Positions 34,501-45,547 of a DNA stretch of 64,000 nucleotides are shown here, piece by piece (the first letter of the stretch is position 1; every line of letters starts with the position of its first letter). The position numbers and the translations under genes are program-made. The stretch covers positions 124,001-188,000 of the forward strand of contig JAYWIR010000074.1 of NCBI GenBank assembly GCA_036172245.1, read 5' to 3'. Source of the DNA: Raillietiella orientalis. Lineage: Eukaryota. The notes beneath the pieces were generated by a model, which saw only the letters and a list, made by a program, of their open reading frames with translations, had not been told where the DNA came from and did not search any database.

Positions 34501-35135
34501 GGGAATTCTCCTGCAAAATAGCGGGAGTCAGTAAGCTCCTCGGCAGCTGGACGACAAAGGAGCTGGTGCAAGCCGCCACACCTCGGAATCGGGCGAAGGG
34601 ACTGCTTCGGTGGAGCGAACATTTAAGTGTGCCCCCCGGAGAGATAGTGGTTCCCCCCGTTTGTTTGGACAGCTCCGTGTTTCCCCTTAAGTGGAAGCAA
34701 GATGTGCTGCTCTTTTTACATTGTGCATTTCACTGTAATAAGCAGCGAAGCATCGTTTCCGGGGGAGCTGCTTTGCCAAACTGTTTAAGGTGCGGAGAGA
34801 TCGAGTCTTTTCCGCACCTTTTGTTGGACTGCGGTGACCTCCGGGAACTGTGGCGAAGGCTCACTTCGGCCATCATGCCACAAGGAGGCACTGCCATTGA
34901 TGTGCTGCGGCGCTTCTTCAGCAGAAATGGACTTTCGGTTGGCGCGATTGTCGCAACCATGTGTTGCGTTCGCGCCATCGTGAGGGCCCGCTACGCCCTG
35001 GAGTTGTCGTCGCAGCGAAGGGAGGCTCACCTGCTTGCAGCTCAATCCATGGAGAAGGCTTCAAGGTGGTTTCATCTTCGTGACAAGGTGAATGAGGACA
35101 TCACCTGCATACATCGCCGGTTTACACATCTTTGA
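31563..35135 (+). CDS. Intact ORF2 of C1: APE endonuclease, reverse transcriptase and C-terminal CCHC (1190 aa from ATG)
   Basis: WNVNG, LQEIH, NVYAP, GDFN, SDH; WRPITL, VDLHKAFD, GIRQGDSISP, YADD, RYLG; CLRCGEIESFPHLLLDC; ATG overlaps the ORF1 stop (TGATG). Confidence 0.93.
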   Translation: MRAIASSRRVAVTSWNVNGLQHEKKRQLVAHALRACDLTLLQEIHSISGEQAAEIERRAGGTLLYRCGVARTCGVAFLVRGTLAGAVRSVRFDTEGRVGQLVLKWSVSLVLVVTNVYAPSGAGRWAERIEFFGTLQGQWLTRSHPTVAHVIAGDFNVHLLSENRSHKREKLLAEEMCASVHACSLFASDPVMAATPDYVYIDEHLLCGVGRRGPVPSVLSDHNRLEFELLLPGKGPPNCFWRMPADWLSQPEAAKHLRQYLLDFAISELEYWDDLRRSVRKFCCRFPLQQLPCGYGEGVATSRDFLQARSFSRRADVGRLSEYKAKAERQVWQSGATVLLDDQDRECSAPAGVRRRVRRYYSSLYAEAPTERSLSRLLLPIDALVVDEDERARLDEPFTAEEISSAISGLKRRKAPSEDGLHAEFFQCFAAELIPLVLQLSSLMRDLRDVPASFRSAKERLLPKGGDLRQLNNWRPITLVNSNVKLFSKLWVARMGRIAESLVSPEQTYAVPGRSIDANLLFIRTWLQLQHRVAVGRRAEATPSISHRRRRGTQRETPGALAVAVDLHKAFDCVNQKLLLELLEHLGLPASLLAYLRSCWRHAITSIVFSGCRVYGVPVRRGIRQGDSISPLLFSIYFELVLEAYRLTLANLPSSCPGTPAVAAYADDLLLLLPMSIPTASLEDFFELIRRGAGVSVNRSKCMVVPVGATWEGQSDWIDLGIPTGRYLRYLGVPFGDFCISEAWSDCLRKAERALSPFSGGEFVLPERACIWNTFVAPLLRPLFFVCLTLQEVKVLAQRLLRKALWGAARSRVRLKDLVAPRQDAGLGILDLNSIELQVQFRMLRLCAKLWCTPWCLPARLILRRCTGNEGLLSLLPHFRHTRIGFGFPLRQLSSLLEAQSWISCRPMNINAWRQESFSSWAASEETRPEDLRRLRLLLSHQMDEVMQDKKLSYRLAATPLAAALSGLRASNDGCLPAKWEFSCKIAGVSKLLGSWTTKELVQAATPRNRAKGLLRWSEHLSVPPGEIVVPPVCLDSSVFPLKWKQDVLLFLHCAFHCNKQRSIVSGGAALPNCLRCGEIESFPHLLLDCGDLRELWRRLTSAIMPQGGTAIDVLRRFFSRNGLSVGAIVATMCCVRAIVRARYALELSSQRREAHLLAAQSMEKASRWFHLRDKVNEDITCIHRRFTHL

Positions 35136-37456
35136 TAACGGCGTAATCCGGTGACCCCTGCGACCTCTCGCCCACGCATACCCCGTCCCCGTTCGCTCGG
35201 TAAAATTTCCGGTGCCCATGCATTTATCCCCGTGTCTTCCAGAGCGATCCCAAAGACCGTTATCCCGTCCTCCTTATTCATTGTTTTTATTTTATTTTGG
35301 TTTCTTTGTGTTTCCCGCCCCCCCACACCGTTCACAAAACTGTTACTCTGGCCTGCGTGCCAGCAATATTCTCTTCATTCTTGTTTAGTCGTCGGTTGGG
35401 AGTTTGGTTCCCAACTGGTTTATTTTGTATAATTGCTTTTTTTTTGGTTATGTTATATGGAATAAACGCTTCGGCGTCACCGGGTGAGAAATCTCCCGGG
35501 CTTGATCTGCGGAGATCACGTGGATCTCCTGCAGCAGCATTAGGTCGAAGGATGCCAGGGAATCGGCCACGTCACGCCTCTTGCCGTCGTCGCTTAGCCC
35601 GTTCACGTTCCAACAGGCGATCAGAAGACGACAGCGATAGGCGATTCCCGGCATAATGGCTGGTAAAGTGGCGTCGCGGCACCTGCCGCGGGGCAAATGT
35701 AGGAAAGGTCCATCGGTACGAGGACGGAGGCCTCTTCAGGCGCCTGGGGTACCTGTTCGGCCTCCATCCTCACCATCCCCTCCGTGTCCGCGCGTGGGAG
35801 TCTCTCGGGCGACGGGTCCCGAGAGTTTCCCACGCTCATGGCACCCTCGCTACCGGAAGCCATCTCTTCCCCTTCGTCAGGGGAGACGATCTTCCAAGGC
35901 ATTGTGGACTTTCGTACAGCCTTTTTGCGGGTTGCGCTGGAGATGGAAGCTGTGCTTCCGGCCTCCACCTCAAGGACGGAAGTGGAGAATTCCTGAGGGG
36001 AGGCCGGACGCCTCACGGCCTTCTTGCCAGCCTTGGGGGCGACCGGCTGCAACGAGGCAGCCAGCTCCTCCGCGGGGCGCTTGAAAGCGACGTCATCGAG
36101 CGTGGGCTCGATGACGGACGCCGCCGCCTCGCTCCCCTCCTTGTTGACTTTGTCAAGGGAGGGTTGAGCAGGGGCAGCAGCGAGTTCTTTAGCGCCGCAT
36201 CCGTCAATGACGGGAATCCGCTCTACAACGACGCAGCAGCTTTTAATTTTTTCGCGGCGCAGAGCGGTCTCGCTTTGTTTCGCCACGTTCTTTCTCTTCC
36301 TATGGGAGTTTTTCTTGGGTTCGACCTTCTGCCATCTTGGCTCTTGACCCTCGCCCTCGACCTTTTCGGAGTTTTTCGCCGAAGTCTCGGGATTGCCTTC
36401 GCCTTGGTGGCGGAAGTGACCTCCTTAGCAGCAGCACGAGCTGCCAGCTTCTTTCTCTTTTTTGCCGCGCGCTTTCTCGCGTTTTTCGAGGACACGACGC
36501 GGACTGTGTTTTGGGGGCACACCAGACGGGTGTGCCCCGCTTGTATGCATTGCAAGCACTGCACGCTCGGACACCTCATTTTAAGGTGACCAAAGCTGCT
36601 GCAGCAGCCGCAAAACTTGGGTTTCCCCACGTACCACACGTCAACGGATTCACCGTTGACGGTGAGTTTGTGGGGAAACTCACATCCCTCGCGAACGGTC
36701 ACTCGCGCTGCACTCAGGCCGCCAAGCACCCCGTCGTAATCGACAAAAGGAGTAGGCTTTCCCCACAGCGCGTGGACAGTTGCAAATTTTTCTAATTCGT
36801 TTCGGACGGCCTCCTCCGTCATCCGGAACGTGATACCGGTCAGGTTAATAATCACCGACCGGTCTTCAGTAATGGGGAGAAGCCTCCGGCTGCCCATAAT
36901 TACGGGGGTTCGCAGAAGTCTCTGCGCAAGAGTTTCCTCCTTGCAGGTAACTTCCACAAATTGACCCCCGCTTCTGACAGACATAGCCAGAAGCTCCTCT
37001 TTTTGTACACCGAGAACGCGCATCGCCTACGAAAAGGCGCGCGCGTTCTCGGGAGAATATAAACCGTCTACCTTATATAGAAGGGGTGGGTCATACCCCT
37101 CCTTCAGGTGAGAGCGCATTTCCGCCATAGCCGCTGGCGTAGGTGCCGCAGCCACGGCGTTCCAAGCCCTGGGTAGTGCCATGGGCGCAACCGTGCTGGC
37201 GGGAGCCTCCACCGATGCGGGAGACCCCACCTCCATCTCCTCCGGGTGCAATGAGGTCATCGCTCCCGGAACCTCACCGGTAGGGGTATCAGGCATTGCT
37301 GCCTAATCCTCCACCCACACCACGCAAAAGCACCAACGGAAATGAAACTCATGAGCAACGAAAAGACACGTCCACTCGACGCTCCGGAATCTCCAGGACT
37401 CCGACCTTTTTAAGGAATCGGTCCGGGAGTTCTGCGAGCAGTTCCCCCTGGACCGC

Positions 37457-40200
37457 TTGCATTCCGGATTCAACGAAGGTCCTCGCAATCATCGGGCGTA
37501 TTTTCAGGCCCGTAGGTACGAGCGAACCTCTAATGTCCGTCGCATGGCCGAGTACCGCGCCGGGGCCGAACGCCAAGCCTGGCAATTCGGGTCGGCCAGC
37601 TTGCTGGACGACCAGGGCCGGGAATGTTCCTCCCCGGCGTCGGTACAACATCTCGTGCGGAGTTATTATTCCTCCCTTTACGCCGGGGCGCCCTTGGATC
37701 AAGATGCCTCTCGGCTCTTGCTTCCGGATGGTGCCGCGGCAATAGGGGAGGAGGAGTCGTTGAGCTTCGATGAGCCTTTTACCACCGGGGAAATTCTCAC
37801 CGGTATCAAAAGGCTTAAGAACCGGAAAGCTCCAGGGGAAGACGGCTTGTCCGCGAAGTTCTATCAGAGATCCGCGGAAGAGCTAGCACCCCTGCTGCTT
37901 CAGCTTACAAGGCTTATCCGAGACGAAGGCAATGTTCCCGCCTCGTTTGATTCAGCCAGAGTGAGGCTCCTTCCGAAAGGGGGAGACCTTAGGAATTTGA
38001 ACAACTGGCGTCCGATCACGATTGTGAATACGGACGCCAAGTTGGTTGCCGGGCTATGGGCTTTGCGTCTGGGGCAGGTGGCAGAAGCCATAATTAGCCC
38101 GGAGCAGACAGATGCTGTTCTCGGGCGAAGTAGGGATGCCAACCTCTTCTTCGCGAGCACATGGATGCAGGCGCAGAGGTGTCAAAAGAAAGGGAAAGGA
38201 AAAAACGGCAACCTCACTTAGGGGCCGTCAGCAGGGCAGGGAATGGATTCTTGGGCGGATAAAGGGGCCTTAGAGCTCGCAGTCGATCTATATAAGGCGT
38301 TCGACTGTGTTGACCAGGGGCTTTTCTTAGAGCTCCTGGGTCGCATGGGCTTCCCACCCTCCTTGATTACCTACCTGCGCTCTTGCTGGATATATGCGAT
38401 AATTTCCGCCTCTTTCAGCAGTCAGAAGGTGCTTGGCGTGCCGGTGCGGCGGGGCATCAGGCAGGGAGATAGCCTCAGTCCCCTGCTCTTCAGCACCTAC
38501 TTTGAGTTGGTGCTGAGAGCGTACAGGGTGACTTTGGCCCCATTGCCGAGCTCGTGCCCCGGCACGCCCGCCGTTGCAGCGTACGCCGACGATCTTCTGT
38601 TCTTGTTGCCAATGTCCACCCCGGCAAAGGCGGTCGGAGACTTCTTCGATCTGCTCAGCCGCGGGACCGGACTGCAGATCAACAGGGCGAAGTCGTCGGT
38701 GGTGGCAGTAGGTGCGGCGTGGGCAGGGCAGCAGGACTGGGTCCGTCTGGGGATCCGCACGGCGAGGTGCCTCAAGTGCCCTGGTGTGCCGTTGGGTGAC
38801 TACTCCCCTGCGTAAACGTGGTACAGCTGTCTTCAAAAAGTTGAGACGGCGATCGGCCCGTTCCTGGAAGGCAAGTTTCACTTGCCGGAACGGGCCGCGG
38901 TTTGGAACGCTTTTGCGGCCTCCATCCTCCGCTTCTTGCTTTTTGTTTGCCTTGCCCCCAGAGAATGCAAAAAGAGGACAAAGGATCTCCTCCGCATAGC
39001 TCTTTGGGGCAAGGGGATGCCCCGCGTCCCTCTGAAGGACTGTTGCGCGCCGCGTCGGGACGGCAGCCTTGGCCTCCTGACGCTGAAGCGCGTGGAAATC
39101 CAGCTGCGGTGACGAACCCTCACCATCGCAACGAAGATGTGGAGCACCCCTTGGTGCGTTCCGGCCCGCCTTCTCGCCAGGCGTGTGTCTCGATGCGAAG
39201 GACTCGCGTCGTTTCTTCTGTGCCCTGGCCGGAAGATCCGAAGATGCGGTCTTATGCTCCGACGCATAGCATCCCTGGCGAAGACGAACGGTTAAACGGT
39301 TTGTGGCCCCGCCAACTCCTCCGCCTAATTGGAGGAGTCTGCTGGCACATAAGCTAAGCAGAACCGGAGGAGCGAAAACAATATGAACTGCCTGCCAATC
39401 GGCCCATACGCCAACCGCACCCTGTGGGAAATACTGGAATTTCCCTGGAGTCGCAGGTGGGCGCTGACGACCTTCCTTGCTACGGCGTTGTCCTACCTCC
39501 TGAGGGCGCTTCAGGATCGCCAGAAACCCAAATGGCAAGTTACCTGCCAGATCGTAGGCAGAAAGAAGATATTAAGCGGCTGGACCACTGGAGAACTCGC
39601 GGACGCCACGACCCCGCGCTTTCAGCCGCGTGGATTGCTGAGATGGGGTGAGCTGCTCGCCATCCCTACGGATGTGCTCAAGTGGCCCCCGGTAATGAAG
39701 GAATCAAGCAATCCTGCCCCTTAAGTGGCAAGAGTGGGCGTTGCTACTGCTGCACTGGGGATTACCCTGCAACGCACGCCGCTTCCGCTGGACAAGGGGA
39801 GCCGTAGATCCTGAGTGTCTCAGGTGCGGGGAGCGCCAATCGCTCTCCCACCTTATTGTGGAATGTGCTGCCATCCGACTCCTCTGGGAACGGTTCGGGG
39901 CGAGCCTCAGGCTCCCTACGGGCAGCACCCCCAGAGACGTTCTTCAGCCCCTCTTCGTGAAGGACGCACTGCAGCCAGCCGCAGCCATCGCAGCCTTGTG
40001 CTGTGTCCGTGGCATTGTGGCGGCATGGAGCGACGCCCATAAGGAAGGAGTGGGTCCACACGTGAGAGATGTCATCCCATACGCCCAACGCTTCATGCGG
40101 AAGAGCTGTCGGATGGCCCCAACTGGGGAATATACGGACGGACCTCGAGGGATTTTTTCAACGGATGGGCCCTCCTCAAAGCGTTCAGCAATCCCTTCCC
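37457..40200 (+). pseudogene. Degraded RT and C-terminus of the outer A copy
   Basis: Fragments 37457-38221, 38243-38815 (YADD), 38882-39112, 39383-39724 and 39741 onward are colinear with 7289-9877. Confidence 0.88.
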
Positions 40201-43200
40201 TGCCCAGCAACTTCTTTTTGTTTGTTCATTTTTTATTTTTCTTTTTGTTTTATTCCCATTTCCCTTCGCTGCTGAGGAACGCTACGCTGGGCTGCGTCCC
40301 GGCGTCCCGGCCGGTCCAGTGCATATGGCTGTGAGCGGGGCCTTGTACCGCGGATGTAGAGTTTTTTAAAAATAAACGCCCCGGGCGTACCCGAGTGTAA
40401 ACCTCCAAGGCTGGCAAGAAGGCCGTCAGGCGTCCGGCCTCCCCTCAGGAGTCCCCCACTTCCGACCCCGAGGTGGAGGCCGGAAGCGCAGCCTCCGTTT
40501 CTACGGCACCGCGCAAGAAGGCTGGACGTAAGTCCAAAAAGCCAAGGAAGCTCGTCTCCCCCGTCGAAGGGGAAGAGATGGCTTCCGCAAGCGAGGGTGC
40601 CATGAGCGTGGGAAACTCTCGGGACCCGTCCCCCGAGAGACTCCCACGCACGGACACGGAGGGGATGGAGGGGGTGGAGGCCGAACAGGTGCTTCAGGTG
40701 CCTGAGAAGGCCTCAACCTACATGGACATCCCGCTCGCCTCGCAAGAGGCGGGCTCCCCCACACCTTAATTCTGCCAGCAGTAATGCCGGGAATCTCCTC
40801 CCGCCGTCGTCTGCGCATCGCCGTTTGGAACGTGAACGGCATGACAGACGCCGGCAGGAGACCAAACATGGCCGCCCTTCTGGAGTCCTACGACCTTGCG
40901 CCGCTGCAGGAGATCCACGTGATCTCTGCAGAACAAGCGCAAGAGATTTCTCACCCGGTCACGCCGGGGCGTTTTTTCCATATAACATAACCAAAAAAAG
41001 CAATTATACAAAATAAACCAGTTAAGAACCAAACTCCCAACCGACGACTGAACAAGAATAAAAAGAATATTGCTGGCACGCAGGCCAGAGTAACAGTTTC
41101 GTGAACGGTGTGGAGGGGCGGGAAACACAAAGAAACCAAAATAAAATAAACACAATGAATAAGGAGGACGGGATAACGGTCTTTGGGATCGCTCTGGAAG
41201 AAACGGGGATAAAAGCATGGGCACCGGAAATTTTACCGAGCAAACAAGGACGGGGTATGGGTGGGCGAGAGGTCGCAGGGGCCACCGGATTACGCCGTTC
41301 TCAAGGGTGTGCAAACCGGCGATGTATGCCGGTGATGTCCTCATTCACCTTGTCACGAAGATGAGACCACCTTGAAGCCTTCTCCATGAATTGAGCTGCA
41401 AACAGGTGAGCCTCCCTTCGCTGCGATGACAACTCCAGGGCGTAGCGGGCCTTCACGATGGCGCGAACGCAACACATGGTTGCGACAATCGCGCCAACCG
41501 AAAGTCCATTTCTGCTGAACAAGAGCCGCTGCACATCAATGGCAGTGCCTCCTTGTGGCATGATGGCCGAAGGGAGCCTTCGCCACAGTTCCCGGAGGTC
41601 ACCGCAGTCCAGCAAAAGGTGCGCAAAAGACTCGATCTCTCCGCACCTTAAACAGTTTGGCAAAGGAGCTCCCCCGGAAACGATGCCTCGCTGCCTATTA
41701 CAGTGAAATACACAATGTGAAAAGAGCAGTACACCTTGATTCCACTGTAAAGGGAACACGGAGCTGTCCAAAAAAACGGGGGGAACCACTATTCCTCCGG
41801 GGGGCACACTCAAATGTTCGATCCAACGAAGCAGTCCCTTCGCCCGATTCCGAGGTGTGGCGGCTTGCACCAGCTCCTTTGTCGTCCAACTGCCGAGGAG
41901 CTTACTGACTCCTGCTATTTTGCAGGAGAATTCCCATTTCGCCGGTAGTCAACCGTCGTTGCTTGCCCTCAGGCCAGACAGCGCTGCGGCGAGTGGTGTG
42001 GCGGCCAGACGATACGACAACTTCTTGTCCTATATGACTTCGTCCATTTGATGACTGAGAAGAAGACGCAGGCGTCGAAGATCTTCCGGGCGCGTTCCTT
42101 CGAAAGCTGCTCACGATGAAAAAGATTCCTGCCGCCATGCATTCGTGTTCATGGGGCGGCAGGAGATCCAGCTTTCGGCTTCCAACAGTGATGACAGCTG
42201 CCTCAGCGGGAAGCCAAGCCCTATTCTGGTGTGCCGAAAGTGGGGTAGCAACGAAAGCAGTCTTTCGCTTCTCGTGCAGCGCCTCAGTATAAGGCATGCG
42301 AGTGAGCAGCACGGCGTACACCACAGCTTGGCACAGAGCCGCAGCATGCGAAACAGCACCTGCAGTTCGATGCTGTTTAAGTCGAGGATGCCCAAGCCTG
42401 CATCCTAACGCGGCGCCACCAAGTCTTTAAGTCTATCACGGGATCTTGCAGCGCTTTACAACGATTTGCGTAGAAAGCACTGCGCCCAGACTTTGACTTC
42501 CTGGGGGGGTGGACAAACGAAAAACCGGGGGCGGAGGAGAGGGGCAACGAAGGTGTTCCAGATGCAGGCCCGTTCCGGCAAGACGAACTCGCCTCCTGAA
42601 AACGGGCTAAGTGCACGCTCTGCCTTCCGAAGGCAGTCCGACCACGCTTCTGAGATGCAGAAGTCGCCCAACGGCACGCCAAGGTACCTGAGGTACCTGC
42701 CCGTAAGGATCCTCGGATCGATCCAGTCGGACTGCCCCTCCCACGTCGCACCCACCGGAACAACCATACACTTACTCCTGTTAACGCTCACGCCCGCACC
42801 GCGACGAATCAACTCAAAGAAGACTTCAAGCGATGTCGCCGGGGTGGACATGGGCAACAGGAGAAGTAGGTCGTCGGCATAGGCTGCCAAGGCCGGCGTA
42901 CCTGGACAGGAGCTCGGCAGGTTGGCTAGCGTCAGCCTGTAAGCCTCCAGCACCAATTCAAAATAGATGTTGAAGAGCAGCGGGCTTAAGCTATCACCCT
43001 GCCTAATTCCTCGTCTTACCGGCACGCCCTACACGCGACAGCCACTGAAAACAATGGATGTAATCCCGTGGCGCCAGCAGGAGCTCAAGCACGCCAACAG
43101 GGATTCCGGAAGACCCAGACGTTCCATAAGCTCAAGAAGAAGCTTTTGGTTCACGCAATCGAAAGCTTTGTGCAATTGGACTGCAACCGCCAAGGCTCCC

Positions 43201-45547
43201 AGGGATTCCCTTTGCGACCCGCGCCTCCGTCGGTGAGAGATCGGAGGCGTTGCTTCCGCACGACCATTAACCGCCACACGATGCTGCAATTGCAGCCTTG
43301 TGCGGATGAACAAGAGATTCGCGTCCATGGACCGCCCAGGAACAGCGTACGTATGCTCCGGACTTACCAAGGATTTCGCGATCCCACCCATCCGCGCCAT
43401 TCAAAGTTTCGAGAACAACTTGACGTTCGAATTCACTAATGTGCTCGGACGCCAGTTGTTCAGTTGGCGCAAATCTCGGCCTTTTGGCAGTAGACGCACC
43501 TTCCCTGAGCGAAAGAAGGAGGATACATCGCCCGAGTCTTGCATCAGCGACGAGAGTTGGAGCATCAGGGGGATGAGCGCCGCCGCAAAACACTGAAAGA
43601 ATTCCGCGGGGAGCCCATCTTCGTCTGGCGCTTTTCGTCTCTTGAGCCCTGAGATGGCCGAGGAAATTTCCTCTGCCGTGAAGGGCTCATCAAGACGCGC
43701 GCGTTCCTCCTTGTCTACAACAGGAGCATCAATCGGCAGAAGCAGCCGGGAGAGGCTGCGTTCCGTCGGTGGCTCTCCATACAGAGAAGAGTAATAGCGC
43801 TCGACTATCCGTCGCACGTCGGCTGGAGCCGAGCATTCCCGGTCCTGGTAGTCGAGCAGAACTGTCGCCCCTGACTGTCAGACCTGGCGCTCGGCCTTAA
43901 CCTTGTACTCGGAAAACCGTCCAACTTCCACGCGCCTCAAAAAGGAGCGGGATAGCAGAAAATCTCTGCTGTTGGCTACGCCCTCTCCGTAGCCGCACGG
44001 AAGCTGTTGCAAGGGAAACCGGCAGCAGAACTCGCGGACCGATCTTCTCAGATCGTCCCAGTACTCGAGCTCACTTATGGCAAAATCGAGAAGGTACTGG
44101 CGAAGATGCTTAGCCCCCTCCGGTTGGCTTAGCCAGTCTGCCGGCATCCTCCAAAAACAGTTTATAGGCCCCTTGCCTGGCGGGAGCAGCTCGAACTCGA
44201 GCCTGTTGTGGTCTGAAAGCACGGACGGCACGGGACCTCTCCTACCCACTCCACAGAGCAAGTGTTCATCAAGGTATACGTAATCCGGCGTTGCTGCCAT
44301 AACAGGGTCGCTAGCGAACAAGCTGCACGCGTGCACGGACGCGCACATCTCTTCCGCTAGCAACTTTTCCCTTTTGTGGGATCTATTCTCGGAAAGCAGG
44401 TGGACGTTAAAGTCCCCCGCAATGAGATGGGCCACAGTAGGGTGAGATCGTGTGAGGCACTGGCTTTGAAGGGTAACGTATAACTCAATCCTTTCGGCCC
44501 ATCGTCCAGCACCGCTCGGCGCGTACACGTTGGTTACGACAAGGTCGATCGAGTCCAACCACTTGAGTACAAGCTGTCCCAATCGGCCTTCCGTGTCGAA
44601 ACGAACGCTGCGCACCGCTTCCGCCAAAGTTCCTCGCACCAGGAAAGCGACGCCGCACGTACGTGCAACGCCGCACCTATAAAGTAGCGTTCCGTCCGCG
44701 CGCCGTTCGATTTCGGCAGCCTGCTCTCCGGAGATGCTGTGAATCTCCTGCAGGAAAGTCAAGTCGAAGGCGCGCAGAGCGTCAGCCACTAGTCGCCTCT
44801 TCTCCCCGTGTTGGAGCCCGTTGACGTTCCAAGGCGTTACGGCAACACGACGAGAAGACGCGATTGCCCTCATCACGGCTGGGAAAGCGAGGCCGTGGTG
44901 CTCGCCTCACCCGGCGAGCGGCCAGTAGGCAGCACGACGGGCTGGAGGGCGCGGTCGCCACCGGCCTCAACTGTGCTGCACGTAATCGGGTGCTCCTCCC
45001 CGGGTGCAGAACCTGTGGGTTCCGGGGTGAGCACTCGCCGTTCCGCGGCGAGTGTGTCACGCCTCAGGGCTTCAGCCCTGCTAGCGCTCGCTCCCGCGCG
45101 AATAACGCGTCGTTCAGCTGCGTTATCGGACTCCTTTGCGGAGTCTGATGCTTGCACGATCGACGTGCGCTTGCATCCGTCCGATTGCACCAGAATGGTC
45201 TTCTCGGCGGTCACAGAAGCGGACTTGCACGCGTTGAAGGCGTTGGCTTTTTCCTTGGAAGAGTCACAAGCCGCGCATGTTTTCGTATTCGCGCGACTGC
45301 TTTTTCCTTTGGAAGAGCTCAGGGATGGAGGTTGCGGAGCTTTCTTTGGAGATTTTTCTTTCCTCCTCTCCACAACCTTCCATTCGCCTTCGCGATTTTC
45401 GGAGGCTTCCGCGACAGTAGTTGCGGAAACCTCCGGGATTTTCGCTGCGTTCTCTGGGGGCGTTGCTTTCGCTACGCCTTTAAAAGGCGGCAACGGAGTC
45501 ACCTTCTTGACAGTCGGGAGATTGCTCCTCTCCTGCCGAGTCGGTGA

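Larger units (their letters stand above)
23907..35490 (+). mobile_element. Family C copy C1, full length, ORF1 interrupted by D0 (pieces 23907-25269 and 30889-35490)
   Basis: 5' end cgtacagtgcagacgtgttt; ORF1 24024-25269 plus 30905-31563; intact ORF2; AATAAA 35461 plus hairpin; imperfect 12-bp TSD (23895-23906 vs 35491-35502, 9/12). Confidence 0.9.
14606..37378 (-). mobile_element. Family E element in three pieces (37378-35491, 23906-23170, 17509-14606), split by C1 and the inner A copy
   Basis: 5' end cgagtggacgtgt at 37378; ORF1 37296-36223 (CGCCSSFGHLKMRC, CLQCIQAGHTRLVC); EN 35654-35491 plus 23906-23170 (GDFN, SDH); RT 17320-15995 (YADD); 3' hairpin 14611-14635. Confidence 0.85.
14589..37395. 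repeat. 17-bp TSD ACGCTCCGGAATCTCCA (14589-14605 and 37379-37395) flanking element E and its nested cargo
   Basis: Exact direct repeat 22.8 kb apart, abutting a minus-strand 3' hairpin on the left and a minus-strand 5' end on the right. Confidence 0.9.
10097..40401 (+). mobile_element. Family A outer copy in three pieces (10097-11808, 14263-14605, 37379-40401), split by B2 and E
   Basis: 5' end cgagtggacgtgttttt; ORF2 resumes exactly across both insertions (GDFN|LRLL and TLRNL|QD); 9-bp and 17-bp TSDs; AATAAA 40371 plus hairpin; many stops; internal ORF1 deletion near 10890. Confidence 0.85.

Noticed and set aside
25404..35135. RT genes as bacterial retron, DGR or group II intron RTs
   Set aside because: An N-terminal APE endonuclease, a gag-like CCHC ORF1, TSDs and AATAAA 3' ends identify eukaryotic non-LTR elements.
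38327..39538. Long antisense or alternate-frame ORFs (403 aa here; also 9199-10251, 18456-19364, 5013-5855, 30855-31643)
   Set aside because: They shadow GC-rich element ORFs, show no recognisable motifs, and some cross insertion junctions.
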